From the NCBI GenBank assembly GCA_037142615.1, contig JBAXAI010000001.1, positions 224,001 to 288,000 of the forward strand: 64,000 nucleotides of DNA, in the 5' to 3' direction. The notes under the pieces were generated by a model. It was not told where the DNA came from. It ran no database searches and saw only the letters and a list, made by a program, of their open reading frames with translations. The stretch is from Spirochaetales bacterium (GTDB lineage: Bacteria > Spirochaetota > Spirochaetia > JABEVK01). Below, piece after piece: positions 50,195 through 60,405 of this stretch (the first letter of the stretch is position 1; every line of letters starts with the position of its first letter). Made by a program: the position numbers and the translations under genes.

Positions 50195-50598
50195 AGATCC
50201 TGATTGTCGAGGACGAACTTGCGGGACAGAAGCTGCTTCAGTTGTTTCTCAAGGGTCTCGGGGAAATCGAGGTGACTGGTGACGGGGAATCAGCCCTCGC
50301 CAGGTTTCAGAAAACGCTCGAAGCCAAGGAGCCATTTGACCTGGTGCTTCTCGACATCATGCTCCCCCAACTCAGCGGGCTTCAGGTTTTGGCGGGTATT
50401 CGAAGTTTGGAAAGTTCGAAAGGAATCGGTGGACTCGATTGCGTAAAAGTCATTATGTTGACTGCGTTGCATGATTCCGAGAACATCATGAAGTCGTTCC
50501 GGCTCCAAGCCGAGGCCTATATTTCGAAACCTATCGACAAGGAAAAATTGCTTCAGGAGATCCGCAAGCTGGGCTTCTCCTTGAAATCCACACCATGA
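50191..50598 (+). CDS. single-domain response regulator
   Basis: VEDE, LDIMLP, MLT, KP. Confidence 0.88.
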   Translation: MKILIVEDELAGQKLLQLFLKGLGEIEVTGDGESALARFQKTLEAKEPFDLVLLDIMLPQLSGLQVLAGIRSLESSKGIGGLDCVKVIMLTALHDSENIMKSFRLQAEAYISKPIDKEKLLQEIRKLGFSLKSTP

Positions 50599-51434
50599 AC
50601 CAGGAACAGACGAAAGACCTCCTTCTCCAGATCGAACCAACTGCCCCCGAGTTCTTCCTGCTGTTTACAGGCAAGGCGAGCAAAAAGGTGAACGGACTCT
50701 ATAAGCCGGAAACCCGTGAAATACTGCTCCACAACCGAAACTTTCAATCCGACGAGGAACTGGTCTATACGGCGGTCCACGAGTTTGCCCACCACCTGCA
50801 TTTCTGCTCAGAGCAGCGACCGACGACCATCCGCTCGCACACCGCCGCGTACTGGAGCCTTTTTCACCGCCTGCTGGGGCGAGCAGAGCAGCTTGGTGTT
50901 TACCGAAACGTCTTCCGGGCAGAGCCGGAGTTCCTCGAACTCACCGCGACGATCGAAAAGAAGTTCCTCCACAACAACGGGCAGACGATGAAGGACTTTG
51001 GGCAGGCACTCTTGCAGGCCGTGCAGCTGTGCACCAAGTATCATGTCCGTTTTGAGGACTACATGGACCGTGTCCTCTGTATTCCGAGAAACACCGCCAA
51101 GACGGTCATGGCATCGTTCGCGCAGGATGTGACGCCCGACTTCGGGTACGACCACCTCAAGCTGATGACGACCGTCAAAGACCCGGAGATTCGGCGTGAA
51201 ATGGAAATCAAGCGCAAGGAAGGCTATAGCCCCGAAATGCTCCGTCAGGAACTGCGGGGTGACCCGGTACCCGGACCGTTCATTTCGGGTCCGCTCGATC
51301 GTGAGTCGCTCGAGCGCGATGTTCTGGAACGCAACCGGGAGGCTCTGCAGAAGAAGATCGCAGAGTACAGTCGAAAACTAACCGAAATTGAGTCCAAGCT
51401 CGAACGGCTAGGGCTAGAAGGTCCCGACGAGTGA
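50595..51434 (+). CDS. hypothetical zincin-motif protein with C-terminal coiled coil
   Basis: HEFAHH plus a downstream H. Confidence 0.75.
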   Translation: MNQEQTKDLLLQIEPTAPEFFLLFTGKASKKVNGLYKPETREILLHNRNFQSDEELVYTAVHEFAHHLHFCSEQRPTTIRSHTAAYWSLFHRLLGRAEQLGVYRNVFRAEPEFLELTATIEKKFLHNNGQTMKDFGQALLQAVQLCTKYHVRFEDYMDRVLCIPRNTAKTVMASFAQDVTPDFGYDHLKLMTTVKDPEIRREMEIKRKEGYSPEMLRQELRGDPVPGPFISGPLDRESLERDVLERNREALQKKIAEYSRKLTEIESKLERLGLEGPDE

Positions 51435-51820
51435 GTTCTCAAACCCCGGATTTTGCCAAACGCGGGGGCTTGCTTCCCGTTGTCGTGCAGGATTACGTAT
51501 CGCGGGAGGTGCTCCTGGTGGCTTCCATGAACGAGGTCGCGTGGGAGCAAACGCTCTCCACGCGACGAGCCACCTTCTGGAGCACCAGCCGTAACGAACT
51601 GTGGGTCAAGGGCCAGACCAGCGGTGATTTCCTTGTGGTGCGCGAAGTTCGGCTCGACTGCGACCTTGACGCCATACTTCTGCTTGTCATTGCTGCCGGA
51701 GAGGGTGCCTGCCACACCAAGAACTCAGCCGGCGTCGCCCGTCCGTCGTGCTTTTTCCATCAAGCGAGTGTGTCCGTCGACCCGGGCACACCACTCGAAT
51801 GGAGCAACCTCGACCCTTGA
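51431..51820 (+). CDS. hisI: phosphoribosyl-AMP cyclohydrolase
   Basis: LWVKGQTSG, DCDLD, ACHT, SCFF. Confidence 0.93.
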   Translation: MSSQTPDFAKRGGLLPVVVQDYVSREVLLVASMNEVAWEQTLSTRRATFWSTSRNELWVKGQTSGDFLVVREVRLDCDLDAILLLVIAAGEGACHTKNSAGVARPSCFFHQASVSVDPGTPLEWSNLDP

Positions 51821-51826
51821 AGGTTC

Positions 51827-54322
51827 TCAAGGCTTGGGCGGGGAAAAGAGGTTCAGCAAGTCGGCCCGTCCGGCTTCTTTCGCAAGGTCTGCTGCCGTCT
51901 TCCCATCCTTGTTTCGGATCTCCAGATCCGCACCGATGCCCATGAGGTACTGAACCGCCTGGGCTGAAACTCCCGAGGTCGCCGCGAGGTGCACGGCGGT
52001 GAGTCCCTGATTATTCTGTCCATTGACGTTTTTTGCATTGAAGAAGAGTTTCCAGGTTTCGGGAGTTCCCTTGAGGGCGATGACGGCAGGGGTCAGACCC
52101 ACACCATTCTCGGCGAACAGGTCGGCGCTGTTGGCGAGCAACAGATCAATGATGCTCTTCGGCGAGGCGACGGCCGCCTGATGCATGATGGTGCTCCCGG
52201 AAGCGTCGCGAATGTTCACAGCGGCCCCCTGACTCAACAGCAACTGGACGATTTCCTGGTTGGTGTTTTGGACGGCATCGAACAAAGAGGTGCGGCCCAA
52301 ATTGTCGCGAGAGTTGGGATCGGCCTTCTTTTTGAGCAGGTAGGTTGCGAGTTTGGTTTCGCTCCGCCTCACCGCTTCCTGCAACGTCGATCGGCCTTCC
52401 TTGTTTCGGAGGTTGATCGGTGCCCCCGCGGCCAACAGCAAGTCACCCAAGTCGGTGGAATCCCAGAAGATCAGATTGTGGAAAGGACTGTTGCCAAGGT
52501 TGTCGACCACGGTGACCGAAGCGCCACCCTTGAGCAAGAGTCCGGCTGCATCAAGGTTTCCAAGCCGCACGGCTTCGTGCAAAGGTGTGCTTCCGGATAG
52601 ATTCTGGGTTTTGAGCGATGCCCCTTTCTTCAACAGCAACTGGAGGACCGGTAAGTTACCTGCAAAGACGGCATGAAAGAGGGGGGTGCTCTTGCTTGAG
52701 TCCCTCAACTCCAAGACATCGGGCTGGAAAAAGGATTCCTGAAAAGCCGCCGGCGACTGGAAAGCCATCACCAAAGGGGACAGTCCGGCGTTGTTGAGGA
52801 GATAAATGTCAGCACCAGCCTTGAGAAGCGTCTGACACAGAACGAGATTCTGGTCGTTCAGGGCCAGGTGAAGCGGACTCTGACCGGCCTTGTTGCGCTC
52901 GTTGGGGCTCGTGCCGATCGAAAGCAGGTAGCCAACGGCGGCGGGGAACTTGGCCAACTTCACGGCAAGGTGAAGGGCTGAATCGCCGTTGTCATCACGC
53001 AAACCCTTGTTCGAGGCATTGATCAGCCAGGAAAGTGAATCGCCACCTTGCCGGATCGCCACCGTCAACGGTGAGTCTTCGGTGTTGTTGACCGCGAAAG
53101 GGTTGGCTCCCGAAACAAGGAGTGCCTGAACAAGTTCCTGCTTCTTCTGTTTGACCGACTCCAGCAGCGCGGTGTTTCCGAGTTTGTTGCGTGCATTCAC
53201 GTCGGCGCCCTTTTGGATCAGCAAAGTAGCCATCGGGGCCGGGAGGTTGAGGGCGACAACCAGGTGTAGCGGGGTGTCACCAAAGTTGTTCTTGGCGCTA
53301 GGAATCGCCTTCCGGTCGAGAAGGAAGGTTGCCATCTCCTGGGGAATCTTGCTCGTGAGGGCGAGATGCAGCGTCGTATTGTTGTTGAAATCCTTGGCGT
53401 TGATGTCGGACGCAGCATCGAGCAGCCAGGCAGCGGCCTCCAGATTTCCGTTTTCGACAGCCCGGTGAAGGGGAGTGTTTCCAGGTTGGTCGATGGCGGT
53501 CACACTGGCTCCGAGTCCAGTGAGAACCTTCAGGAAGCCGGTATGGCCACGGGAAGCCGCGTAGTGAAGGGGCGTATTTCCCTGCTCAAAGGTAAGGTTC
53601 GGGTTGTCGGCCTGAGCCGCTTTCCAAAAGTAGTCCGCCGTTTTGTCGTTAGGCGAAGGTGCGCCTTGGCGAATCAACTTCCAGGCGATCTTCGCATGCG
53701 GCAAACTTTGTGAAAACTGCAGGGCTTCGTCGAGCGGAGTCAGTCCGGCAGCGTTGCGCACGCTGGTGCTGGCTCCGAGCTTGAGCAGAATGTCGGCCAG
53801 ACCTTCCAGTCCCTGGGAAGCCGCCAGGTGCAGCACCGTGTTGCCGTCGAGGTCGACCGCTGCGACGTTGGCTTTGGTGATCAGTTGGCTGATCAACTCC
53901 GGATTCTGCTGCAGCGCAGTTTGCAAGGGCGACTTGCCTTGTTTGTCAGTGACAAACAGCGACGCATTGTATTGAATGAGCACAGGCAGGATTCCGACCG
54001 AGCCGCTCTTGACCGCCAAATGCAGCGGCGTGTTGCCCAGCTTGTCCTGAAGATCAACCACAGCACCCCGGGCCAAAAGCACGGCTGCGATGTCGGCCAA
54101 GTCCTTGGTCGCTGCGATGTGTAGAGCCGACTGGCCTGCTGCATTGACGCTGTTGATGTCGGTATTGAGCCCGAAGATATCGCGTATCTTGTCGAGGTTT
54201 TGGTTTTCGACAAGATCGAGAAGACTCTCCTTGGCAGGCGGCGGAGTCGCAACCGGCGGGGTCTGACAGGCAGTCAAAAAAAGGAAACTGACGGATAGCG
54301 CAAGGGTCGAAGTGTGTTTCAT
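51827..54322 (-). CDS. ankyrin-repeat lipoprotein (about 20 repeats)
   Basis: FLTAC lipobox; repeated GxTPLHxA...LL..GA units over almost the whole length. Confidence 0.92.
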   Translation of the reverse strand: MKHTSTLALSVSFLFLTACQTPPVATPPPAKESLLDLVENQNLDKIRDIFGLNTDINSVNAAGQSALHIAATKDLADIAAVLLARGAVVDLQDKLGNTPLHLAVKSGSVGILPVLIQYNASLFVTDKQGKSPLQTALQQNPELISQLITKANVAAVDLDGNTVLHLAASQGLEGLADILLKLGASTSVRNAAGLTPLDEALQFSQSLPHAKIAWKLIRQGAPSPNDKTADYFWKAAQADNPNLTFEQGNTPLHYAASRGHTGFLKVLTGLGASVTAIDQPGNTPLHRAVENGNLEAAAWLLDAASDINAKDFNNNTTLHLALTSKIPQEMATFLLDRKAIPSAKNNFGDTPLHLVVALNLPAPMATLLIQKGADVNARNKLGNTALLESVKQKKQELVQALLVSGANPFAVNNTEDSPLTVAIRQGGDSLSWLINASNKGLRDDNGDSALHLAVKLAKFPAAVGYLLSIGTSPNERNKAGQSPLHLALNDQNLVLCQTLLKAGADIYLLNNAGLSPLVMAFQSPAAFQESFFQPDVLELRDSSKSTPLFHAVFAGNLPVLQLLLKKGASLKTQNLSGSTPLHEAVRLGNLDAAGLLLKGGASVTVVDNLGNSPFHNLIFWDSTDLGDLLLAAGAPINLRNKEGRSTLQEAVRRSETKLATYLLKKKADPNSRDNLGRTSLFDAVQNTNQEIVQLLLSQGAAVNIRDASGSTIMHQAAVASPKSIIDLLLANSADLFAENGVGLTPAVIALKGTPETWKLFFNAKNVNGQNNQGLTAVHLAATSGVSAQAVQYLMGIGADLEIRNKDGKTAADLAKEAGRADLLNLFSPPKP

Positions 54323-54343
54323 GACACTACGAGTATCGGTGGT

Positions 54344-55366
54344 TCAGGAAAAAACCTTTTCCTTAATCCGTTTTCTCACTTCAGGAGAGCAAAAAGCCGC
54401 GTTCCAGGCGTTTTGTTGAACCCCTTTGAGGTGTTCGATCGAGAGGCCAAAGGTTGTTTGGGCCAATTCCAGTTCCTTGGTCAGAGTTGTATCACTCACC
54501 AACCGGTTGTCGGTGCAGAGACAGACAGCGAGCCCGGCCTGCATAAACTCTCCAAACGGGTGTGCCGCCGCACTTTCTACCGCTTTGGTCTGAAGGTTCG
54601 ACGTCAGGCAGAGTTCCAGCGGGATCTGGCGATCGCGGATCCAGGCGGTAAGCGACCCGCTGCCGGGCAAGCTCCGTGCGGGGCCCCACTCCTGGATCAA
54701 CTGGGTACCGTGACCAATGCGCAAGGAGCGACAGGCCAAGAGCGCTTCCCGGATGTAGCCCGGCGAGGTGACTTCGCCGGCGTGGCAGGTCGTGTTCAGG
54801 TAGTTCTCTGCCGCGAACTCGTAGGCTTCACGGTGAATGGAGGGCCGGAACGGGGCCTCTGCTCCGGCGATATCAAAGGCGACGACCCCGTCGTTGCGGT
54901 AGTCACGGACCAGTTTGACGGTCTCAAGCGAGGGAGGTCCCGAGCGCATGGTACACAAGATCAAACCCGTGGCGACTCCTGTTGTCCTCGAACCCGCTTC
55001 CAACCCCCGCAACACGGCCTCGACAATCTGCGGTCGGCCCAGACCTCGTTCCTGGTGGAGTTCGGGAGCGAATCTCACCTCGCCATAGACGACTCCGTCG
55101 GCGTGCCAGTCTTCCACCGTCTCGCGGGCGACCCGCTCGAGCGAAGCTACCGTCTGCAGGACGCTCAGCGTGACCGAAAACGCTCTGAGATAGGTTTCGA
55201 GGCTGGATGGTCCAGGAGTCAGAATTGCCCGCAACTCCTCAAGGTTGCCGGAGGGAAGGCGCACCCCGTCTTGGGAACCCAAGTCAAGAATGCTAGCCAA
55301 ACGAACACTCCCGTCCAAGTGCTCGTGCAGTTCGATTTTCGGGAGAGCCTTAAGCGTATCGATCAT
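54344..55366 (-). CDS. add: adenosine deaminase
   Basis: ELHEHLDG, HAGE, RIGHG, TSNLQT, TDN. Confidence 0.94.
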   Translation of the reverse strand: MIDTLKALPKIELHEHLDGSVRLASILDLGSQDGVRLPSGNLEELRAILTPGPSSLETYLRAFSVTLSVLQTVASLERVARETVEDWHADGVVYGEVRFAPELHQERGLGRPQIVEAVLRGLEAGSRTTGVATGLILCTMRSGPPSLETVKLVRDYRNDGVVAFDIAGAEAPFRPSIHREAYEFAAENYLNTTCHAGEVTSPGYIREALLACRSLRIGHGTQLIQEWGPARSLPGSGSLTAWIRDRQIPLELCLTSNLQTKAVESAAAHPFGEFMQAGLAVCLCTDNRLVSDTTLTKELELAQTTFGLSIEHLKGVQQNAWNAAFCSPEVRKRIKEKVFS

Positions 55367-55420
55367 CCGTTGAATCTAACTTTGGTTTCGAAAAATGTCC
55401 AACTCAGGTATAATGGAGTC

Positions 55421-56530
55421 ATGGTTCCACCGAGCGATTCGTCCTTCCTTAAGTCCTTGGGTTTTCCGAGCCTAAAGGTTCATCATGCTTCCAACCACTT
55501 TGATTTCCGGATTCCAAGGCGGAGGATTCTCGTTATCGGTCCCATGGGCTCTGGCAAGACCGAGTTTTCTGCGCGGGTTTGGCGCGACTCCCGCATCCTG
55601 TTGAAGAAGAGCTCCAAAGTGGACCTCGTCATGCGCACAGGCTTGGCCGATCGGCGCGAGGTCTTCTTTGTCAGGACAGCGCTGGATTCCGCTCGTTTTC
55701 CCGATGTTCCGTCTGACGCGCTGGCCTACCGTTCCGGCTACGAACGACTAGGCTCCAATCTGGCCAGCATTCGCAACTCCTTTGAACTGGAGCAACTCAT
55801 GGCTGAGCACCCTGAATGTGGCACCTGGATCATCGATGAGGCCTCGTTCTACGAGGAGCGCATGGTGTACGTGATCCGGCAGGCGAGCGAGCAGCGCGAC
55901 CTGAGTTTCATTTTTCCCACGCTGGTGCTCAACTTCCGCAGTGATATTTTCAATGCGACCGCCCGCCTGTTGCTGGACGCCGCCACCGATGTCTTCCCGT
56001 TGACGGCCTACTGCGAGCACCCTGACTGTGCCCAAGACTCCTTCTACACCTACCGGTGGTATCAGATCGATGGGCAGGAATGTCCGGCACCGTTTTTTGA
56101 CCCGCTGATTATCATCGGTGGCGACCGGTCGGCCAGTTCGCCTTGGGAGCCCAACTACTGCACGCGCTGCGACCTGCATCACTATCTGCCCGGAAAAGAG
56201 TACACCTACCTTACCCTGACTCCGCTGGGTGAGGCTTTCGTCCACGCAAGACCGCAGGGTCTGCAGCACGAGCTGGAACTGCTGCAAAATGCTCCACAAC
56301 AGTCGCTTCTCGCCCAAAGCCTGGCTGGCGAGTCGGAGGTTTGCCGGGCGACACTGCTTGTTCCCTTTCTGGCCGAGCGGGCAGTGGTCTACCTGTACGC
56401 GGAGCGTAATCTCTTGTCTGAGCTGCAATTGCATTCCCTCGTCGCAAGCCTCGATCTCGACCGGCCTTTCTTGAACCGTCGCCTCGCCGATAACGGCAAA
56501 GTTCTCACTCGATCCCTGGAGGAAGCATGA
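55421..56530 (+). CDS. tdk: thymidine kinase (long form)
   Basis: GPMGSGKT, IIDEA, CEHPDC and CTRC Zn motifs. Confidence 0.85.
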   Translation: MVPPSDSSFLKSLGFPSLKVHHASNHFDFRIPRRRILVIGPMGSGKTEFSARVWRDSRILLKKSSKVDLVMRTGLADRREVFFVRTALDSARFPDVPSDALAYRSGYERLGSNLASIRNSFELEQLMAEHPECGTWIIDEASFYEERMVYVIRQASEQRDLSFIFPTLVLNFRSDIFNATARLLLDAATDVFPLTAYCEHPDCAQDSFYTYRWYQIDGQECPAPFFDPLIIIGGDRSASSPWEPNYCTRCDLHHYLPGKEYTYLTLTPLGEAFVHARPQGLQHELELLQNAPQQSLLAQSLAGESEVCRATLLVPFLAERAVVYLYAERNLLSELQLHSLVASLDLDRPFLNRRLADNGKVLTRSLEEA

Positions 56531-57216
56531 CTGCAAAAGAACTCGCCCCCTACTTTGACCACACTCTCCTGAAGGCTACCGCCCGCGAAGCTGACATCGT
56601 TCAGTTGTGCCGCGAAGCCAGGGAATCACACTTCGCCACGGTGTGCATCCAGCCCGTTTGGGTCCCCCGTTGCGCCGACGAATTACGTGGCTCAGGCGTG
56701 GGAGTCTGCACGGTCATCGGCTTCCCCCTCGGCGCCAACACCACGGCGGTCAAAGTGGCAGAGACCAAACTGGCGGTCGAACAAGGTGCCACCGAGGTCG
56801 ACATGGTGATCAACGTCGGCTGGGCCCTCGACGAGCGCTGGGCTGATGTCACCGAAGAGATCCGGCAGATCCGCGTGGCGGCCGGCAAAACTCCGCTCAA
56901 GGTCATCCTCGAAACCTGTTACCTGACCGATGAGGCCATTGGCAAGGCGTGCGACGCGAGCGCCAAAGCTGGGGCGGCGTTTGTGAAAACCTCAACCGGG
57001 TTCGGGACTGGGGGGGCAACCGAGAGTCATATACGTCTGATGCGTTCCCGTGTCCCGGCGTCCATGAAAGTGAAAGCCTCCGGTGGCATCCGCACCCTGG
57101 CCGACGCGGTGACCATGATCGAGGCCGGTGCTTCCCGGCTGGGTGCCAGCGCTTCGGTCGCTATCCTGAAGGAGTTGAAGGGGGAAGCCGATGCGGGCGT
57201 TTCTTCTGGTTATTGA
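56527..57216 (+). CDS. deoC: deoxyribose-phosphate aldolase
   Basis: DHTLLK, GFPLG, VKTSTGF, KASGGIR. Confidence 0.96.
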   Translation: MTAKELAPYFDHTLLKATAREADIVQLCREARESHFATVCIQPVWVPRCADELRGSGVGVCTVIGFPLGANTTAVKVAETKLAVEQGATEVDMVINVGWALDERWADVTEEIRQIRVAAGKTPLKVILETCYLTDEAIGKACDASAKAGAAFVKTSTGFGTGGATESHIRLMRSRVPASMKVKASGGIRTLADAVTMIEAGASRLGASASVAILKELKGEADAGVSSGY

Positions 57217-58384
57217 TAGCTTTGGGATCGGAGAACTGGGAGATGCGGCGCAATACGGCGATGTAGGAAGCAATACTGCCTTGCACATCGCGCAAGCAGT
57301 GGGGGGCGCCAGATGGCCGAACTTGCAGGCCCTCGGCTTGGGCAATGCCGCCGAGTTGCTCGGTTTTTCGCTCCCAGGGTGTCCGGCGGCACTCCATCCG
57401 GGCGGTTGCTGGGGTGTGATGGAAGAGGTATCTCCGGGCAAAGACACGACGACGGGCCACTGGGAACTTGCCGGCTTTCAGCTGGAAGAGGCCTTTCCCG
57501 TCTTTCGGCCCGACTTTCCCTCGTTTCCCCCTGAACTCCTGCACCGGCTCACTGCGGTTTCGGGCCTGGAGTTCCTGGGAAACTGTGCCGCGAGCGGTAC
57601 GCAGGTCATCGAAGACTTCGGTGCTGAGCATCTCCGTACGGGCAAACCTATTGTCTACACTTCGAGCGATTCGGTGTTCCAGATCGCGGCCCATGAGGAC
57701 GTGCTGAGCCAAGTTGAATTGTACGAACTGTGCGCCAAGGCTCGCGTGATCTGCAACGACTGGACAGTCGGGCGGGTGATTGCGCGGCCATTCCGTGGAA
57801 CCCCAGGCGCCTTTGAGCGAACTTCAGGGCGCCACGACTACAGCTATCAGCTTCCGGGCCCAAGCATCATCGATCACCTGGCGAGTTTCGGAGTCGAAAC
57901 CATCGCCGTTGGCAAGATCTCGGATATCTTCAATGGGCAGGGCTTTTCGCAAAGTTACCCCGACAAGGGAAATCCGGCCTGTTTGGCGCGAACCGTCGAG
58001 CTGGTCCGGGCCCCAACAGCGAAGTCCCAACTGGTCTTTGTGAATCTGGTCGACACTGACATGATTTACGGACACCGACGGGACCCCAAGGGGTACCACG
58101 ATTGCGTCGCACAAACAGACGAAGTGCTCGGCGAGTTGTTGCCCTTGCTGCGGGACGATGACGTCCTGATGATCACCGCTGACCACGGTTGCGACCCGAC
58201 TTACCGGGGCAGCGACCACACGCGCGAGCACGTGCCGCTGCTCTTGTGGTCGCGCAAGCAGGCGCCGCGAAGTCTCGGGATACGTTCATCCTTCGCCGAT
58301 GTGGCTCAAAGCTTGGCAAAGGCCTTCGGTGCGGCGGACTACCCCTCAGCGCACTCCCCGAGGGGCAAGTCGTTCTGGGTCTAG
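57191..58384 (+). CDS. deoB: phosphopentomutase
   Basis: DSFGIG, GKDTTTGHWE, YGHRRD, TADHGCDP. Confidence 0.96.
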   Translation: MRAFLLVIDSFGIGELGDAAQYGDVGSNTALHIAQAVGGARWPNLQALGLGNAAELLGFSLPGCPAALHPGGCWGVMEEVSPGKDTTTGHWELAGFQLEEAFPVFRPDFPSFPPELLHRLTAVSGLEFLGNCAASGTQVIEDFGAEHLRTGKPIVYTSSDSVFQIAAHEDVLSQVELYELCAKARVICNDWTVGRVIARPFRGTPGAFERTSGRHDYSYQLPGPSIIDHLASFGVETIAVGKISDIFNGQGFSQSYPDKGNPACLARTVELVRAPTAKSQLVFVNLVDTDMIYGHRRDPKGYHDCVAQTDEVLGELLPLLRDDDVLMITADHGCDPTYRGSDHTREHVPLLLWSRKQAPRSLGIRSSFADVAQSLAKAFGAADYPSAHSPRGKSFWV

Positions 58385-58400
58385 GCCGCCTTTGTGAAGG

Positions 58401-59348
58401 TCAGCGCTTTCCTTTCTCGTAGGGTTCCCCAACGGCGCGGGGGGCCTGTGATTTCTTGGAAAAGAGCACCAAGGCGATCAAAGTGACGACGTAGGGGAAG
58501 ACCTTCAAGATAATTTCGGGAACCACCTTGAACGCTGGTTCGGCCTGAGAAGCGTTGGCTATGGTCGCGGCGAAGCCAAAGAAGAGGGCCGACCCGAGGA
58601 TTCCCAAGGGCTTCCATTGGCCGAAGATCAAGGCCGCCAAGGCGAGAAACCCCAACCCTGCCACCGAACCGTTGAACTCGCCCGAGTAGGTGACAAGGAT
58701 CGTGGCCCCACCGAGGCCCGCGAGTCCTCCCGAAATCATCACGGCGATGTAGCGGATCACCGCAACGTTGACCCCTGCTGCATCAGCGGCATGCGGATGC
58801 TCGCCACAGGCTCGAAGTCGAAGTCCGAAGGGCGTCTTGTAGAGGATGACCCACGCCAGTGCCAACAATCCCAGTGCCACCCAAGTCGTGGCGTAGGTCT
58901 GCCGGAAAAGAAGCGGACCGAGTACAGGAATGTCGGAGAGCCAGGGAATGTCGCCCCGAATCAGGCCCTGTTTCAGCTGGATGTTGCCACTGCCGCTCAG
59001 GATGCGGGCGACGAACACGGTCAAGGCTCCGGCAATCATGTTGATGGCGGTGCCGCTGATCACCTGGTTGGCGCCCAGATTGATGCTCGCGAAAGCGTGG
59101 AGAAGTGAGAATATGGCCCCACCGGCGACAGCGGCCAGCAGACCAACCCATACGGCACTGGCTCCCAGCGACGGGCTCAGCGCGACGATGACGGCTGCGC
59201 TGACGAAAGAACCGACGACCATGAGGCCCTCGAGTCCAATGTTGACAACGCCACTGCGCTCGCTGAAAAGTCCCCCCAGGGCCGTGATGAGCAGGGGGAT
59301 TGTAAAGGCAATTGCATAGGGAAAAATGTGGAGGATGATGTCAAACAC
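58401..59348 (-). CDS. nucleoside ABC transporter permease
   Basis: SERSGVVNIGLEG, GLRLRACGE. Confidence 0.9.
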   Translation of the reverse strand: MFDIILHIFPYAIAFTIPLLITALGGLFSERSGVVNIGLEGLMVVGSFVSAAVIVALSPSLGASAVWVGLLAAVAGGAIFSLLHAFASINLGANQVISGTAINMIAGALTVFVARILSGSGNIQLKQGLIRGDIPWLSDIPVLGPLLFRQTYATTWVALGLLALAWVILYKTPFGLRLRACGEHPHAADAAGVNVAVIRYIAVMISGGLAGLGGATILVTYSGEFNGSVAGLGFLALAALIFGQWKPLGILGSALFFGFAATIANASQAEPAFKVVPEIILKVFPYVVTLIALVLFSKKSQAPRAVGEPYEKGKR

Positions 59349-60405
59349 CGGTCTTACCTCCCCGTGACTTCTTTCGAAAGTGGTCGTAGACCCGCTCAAT
59401 CAGAACACTGGTCGCCGCAAAGTAGATGATCGTGGCGATGATGGTGTCGCCGATTTCGGGTGGGATGTTGGTCATCGCGTTCATGAAACCCTTGCCTGTC
59501 TGAAGAATGCCGAAAAAGAAGGCCGAGCCGACGACGCCGACCGGGGAGTTGGCCGCCAAGAGAGCCACGGCAATTCCATCGAACCCGATCGAAGGAAGTA
59601 CCCCCAGTTGCATCGACGAAGCGTAGCCTATGTAGAGGCACGCCCCGCCCAGACCGGCCAGGGCCCCTGCGATCATCATCGACAAGACGATATTGCGGTT
59701 CACATTGATTCCGGCGTACTCAGCGCCGTAGCGGTTGAAGCCCACAGCCTTGAGCTGGTAGCCGAGCACGGTCTTGTTCAGCACGATCGCAATCACAACC
59801 ACGCTGGCCGCCGCGACCAATACGCCGAGGTTGATATACGACCCTGCGAACAGGTCCGTCAACTGCGGAATCTTCAGCGAGGCGGCCGGCGGAATCATCC
59901 TCGACTCGGTCTCAAAGCTGCCTTTGAAAAAGGCTGGAACGGTGTAGTACACCACCCAGTACGCAATCCAGTTCATCATGATGGTCGAGACAACCTCGTG
60001 CACATTGAAGCGGGCCTTCAGCAAACCCGGAACCACCGCCCAGACAGCACCGCCCAAAGCGGCCGCCACGAGCAGAATTGGCAGTAGTACAGGCTGGGGC
60101 AAGCCGAGGGTCAGTCCCAGCGCGCTGGCGCACAGACCACCGATAAGCACCTGTCCGGAGGCACCAATGTTGAACAGGCCTGTTCGAAAGGCAAAGGCGA
60201 CCGACAAACCCGTCAGCACAAGTGGGGTCGCCATCGCCAGGGTGTTGCCCAAGCGCTCCATGTTCATGAGGCCGCCGGCAAAGAGATACAGATAGCCATC
60301 AATGGGATTGTTGCCCGTGAGTAGCATCAAGATAGCGCCGGCCAACAGCCCTAATGCCACCGCAGTCAGCCCGACAGTCAGTTCTCTTCCTGAGCGGAAC
60401 TTCAT
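59341..60405 (-). CDS. nucleoside ABC transporter permease
   Basis: GLFNIGASGQ, HEVVSTIMMN, GFDGIAVALL. Confidence 0.9.
   Translation of the reverse strand: MKFRSGRELTVGLTAVALGLLAGAILMLLTGNNPIDGYLYLFAGGLMNMERLGNTLAMATPLVLTGLSVAFAFRTGLFNIGASGQVLIGGLCASALGLTLGLPQPVLLPILLVAAALGGAVWAVVPGLLKARFNVHEVVSTIMMNWIAYWVVYYTVPAFFKGSFETESRMIPPAASLKIPQLTDLFAGSYINLGVLVAAASVVVIAIVLNKTVLGYQLKAVGFNRYGAEYAGINVNRNIVLSMMIAGALAGLGGACLYIGYASSMQLGVLPSIGFDGIAVALLAANSPVGVVGSAFFFGILQTGKGFMNAMTNIPPEIGDTIIATIIYFAATSVLIERVYDHFRKKSRGGKTGV

Noticed and set aside
54314-55420. 738-aa ORF suggesting a thymidine kinase fusion
   Set aside because: The first half is the antisense shadow of add; TATAAT-6 nt-ATG supports a start at 55421.
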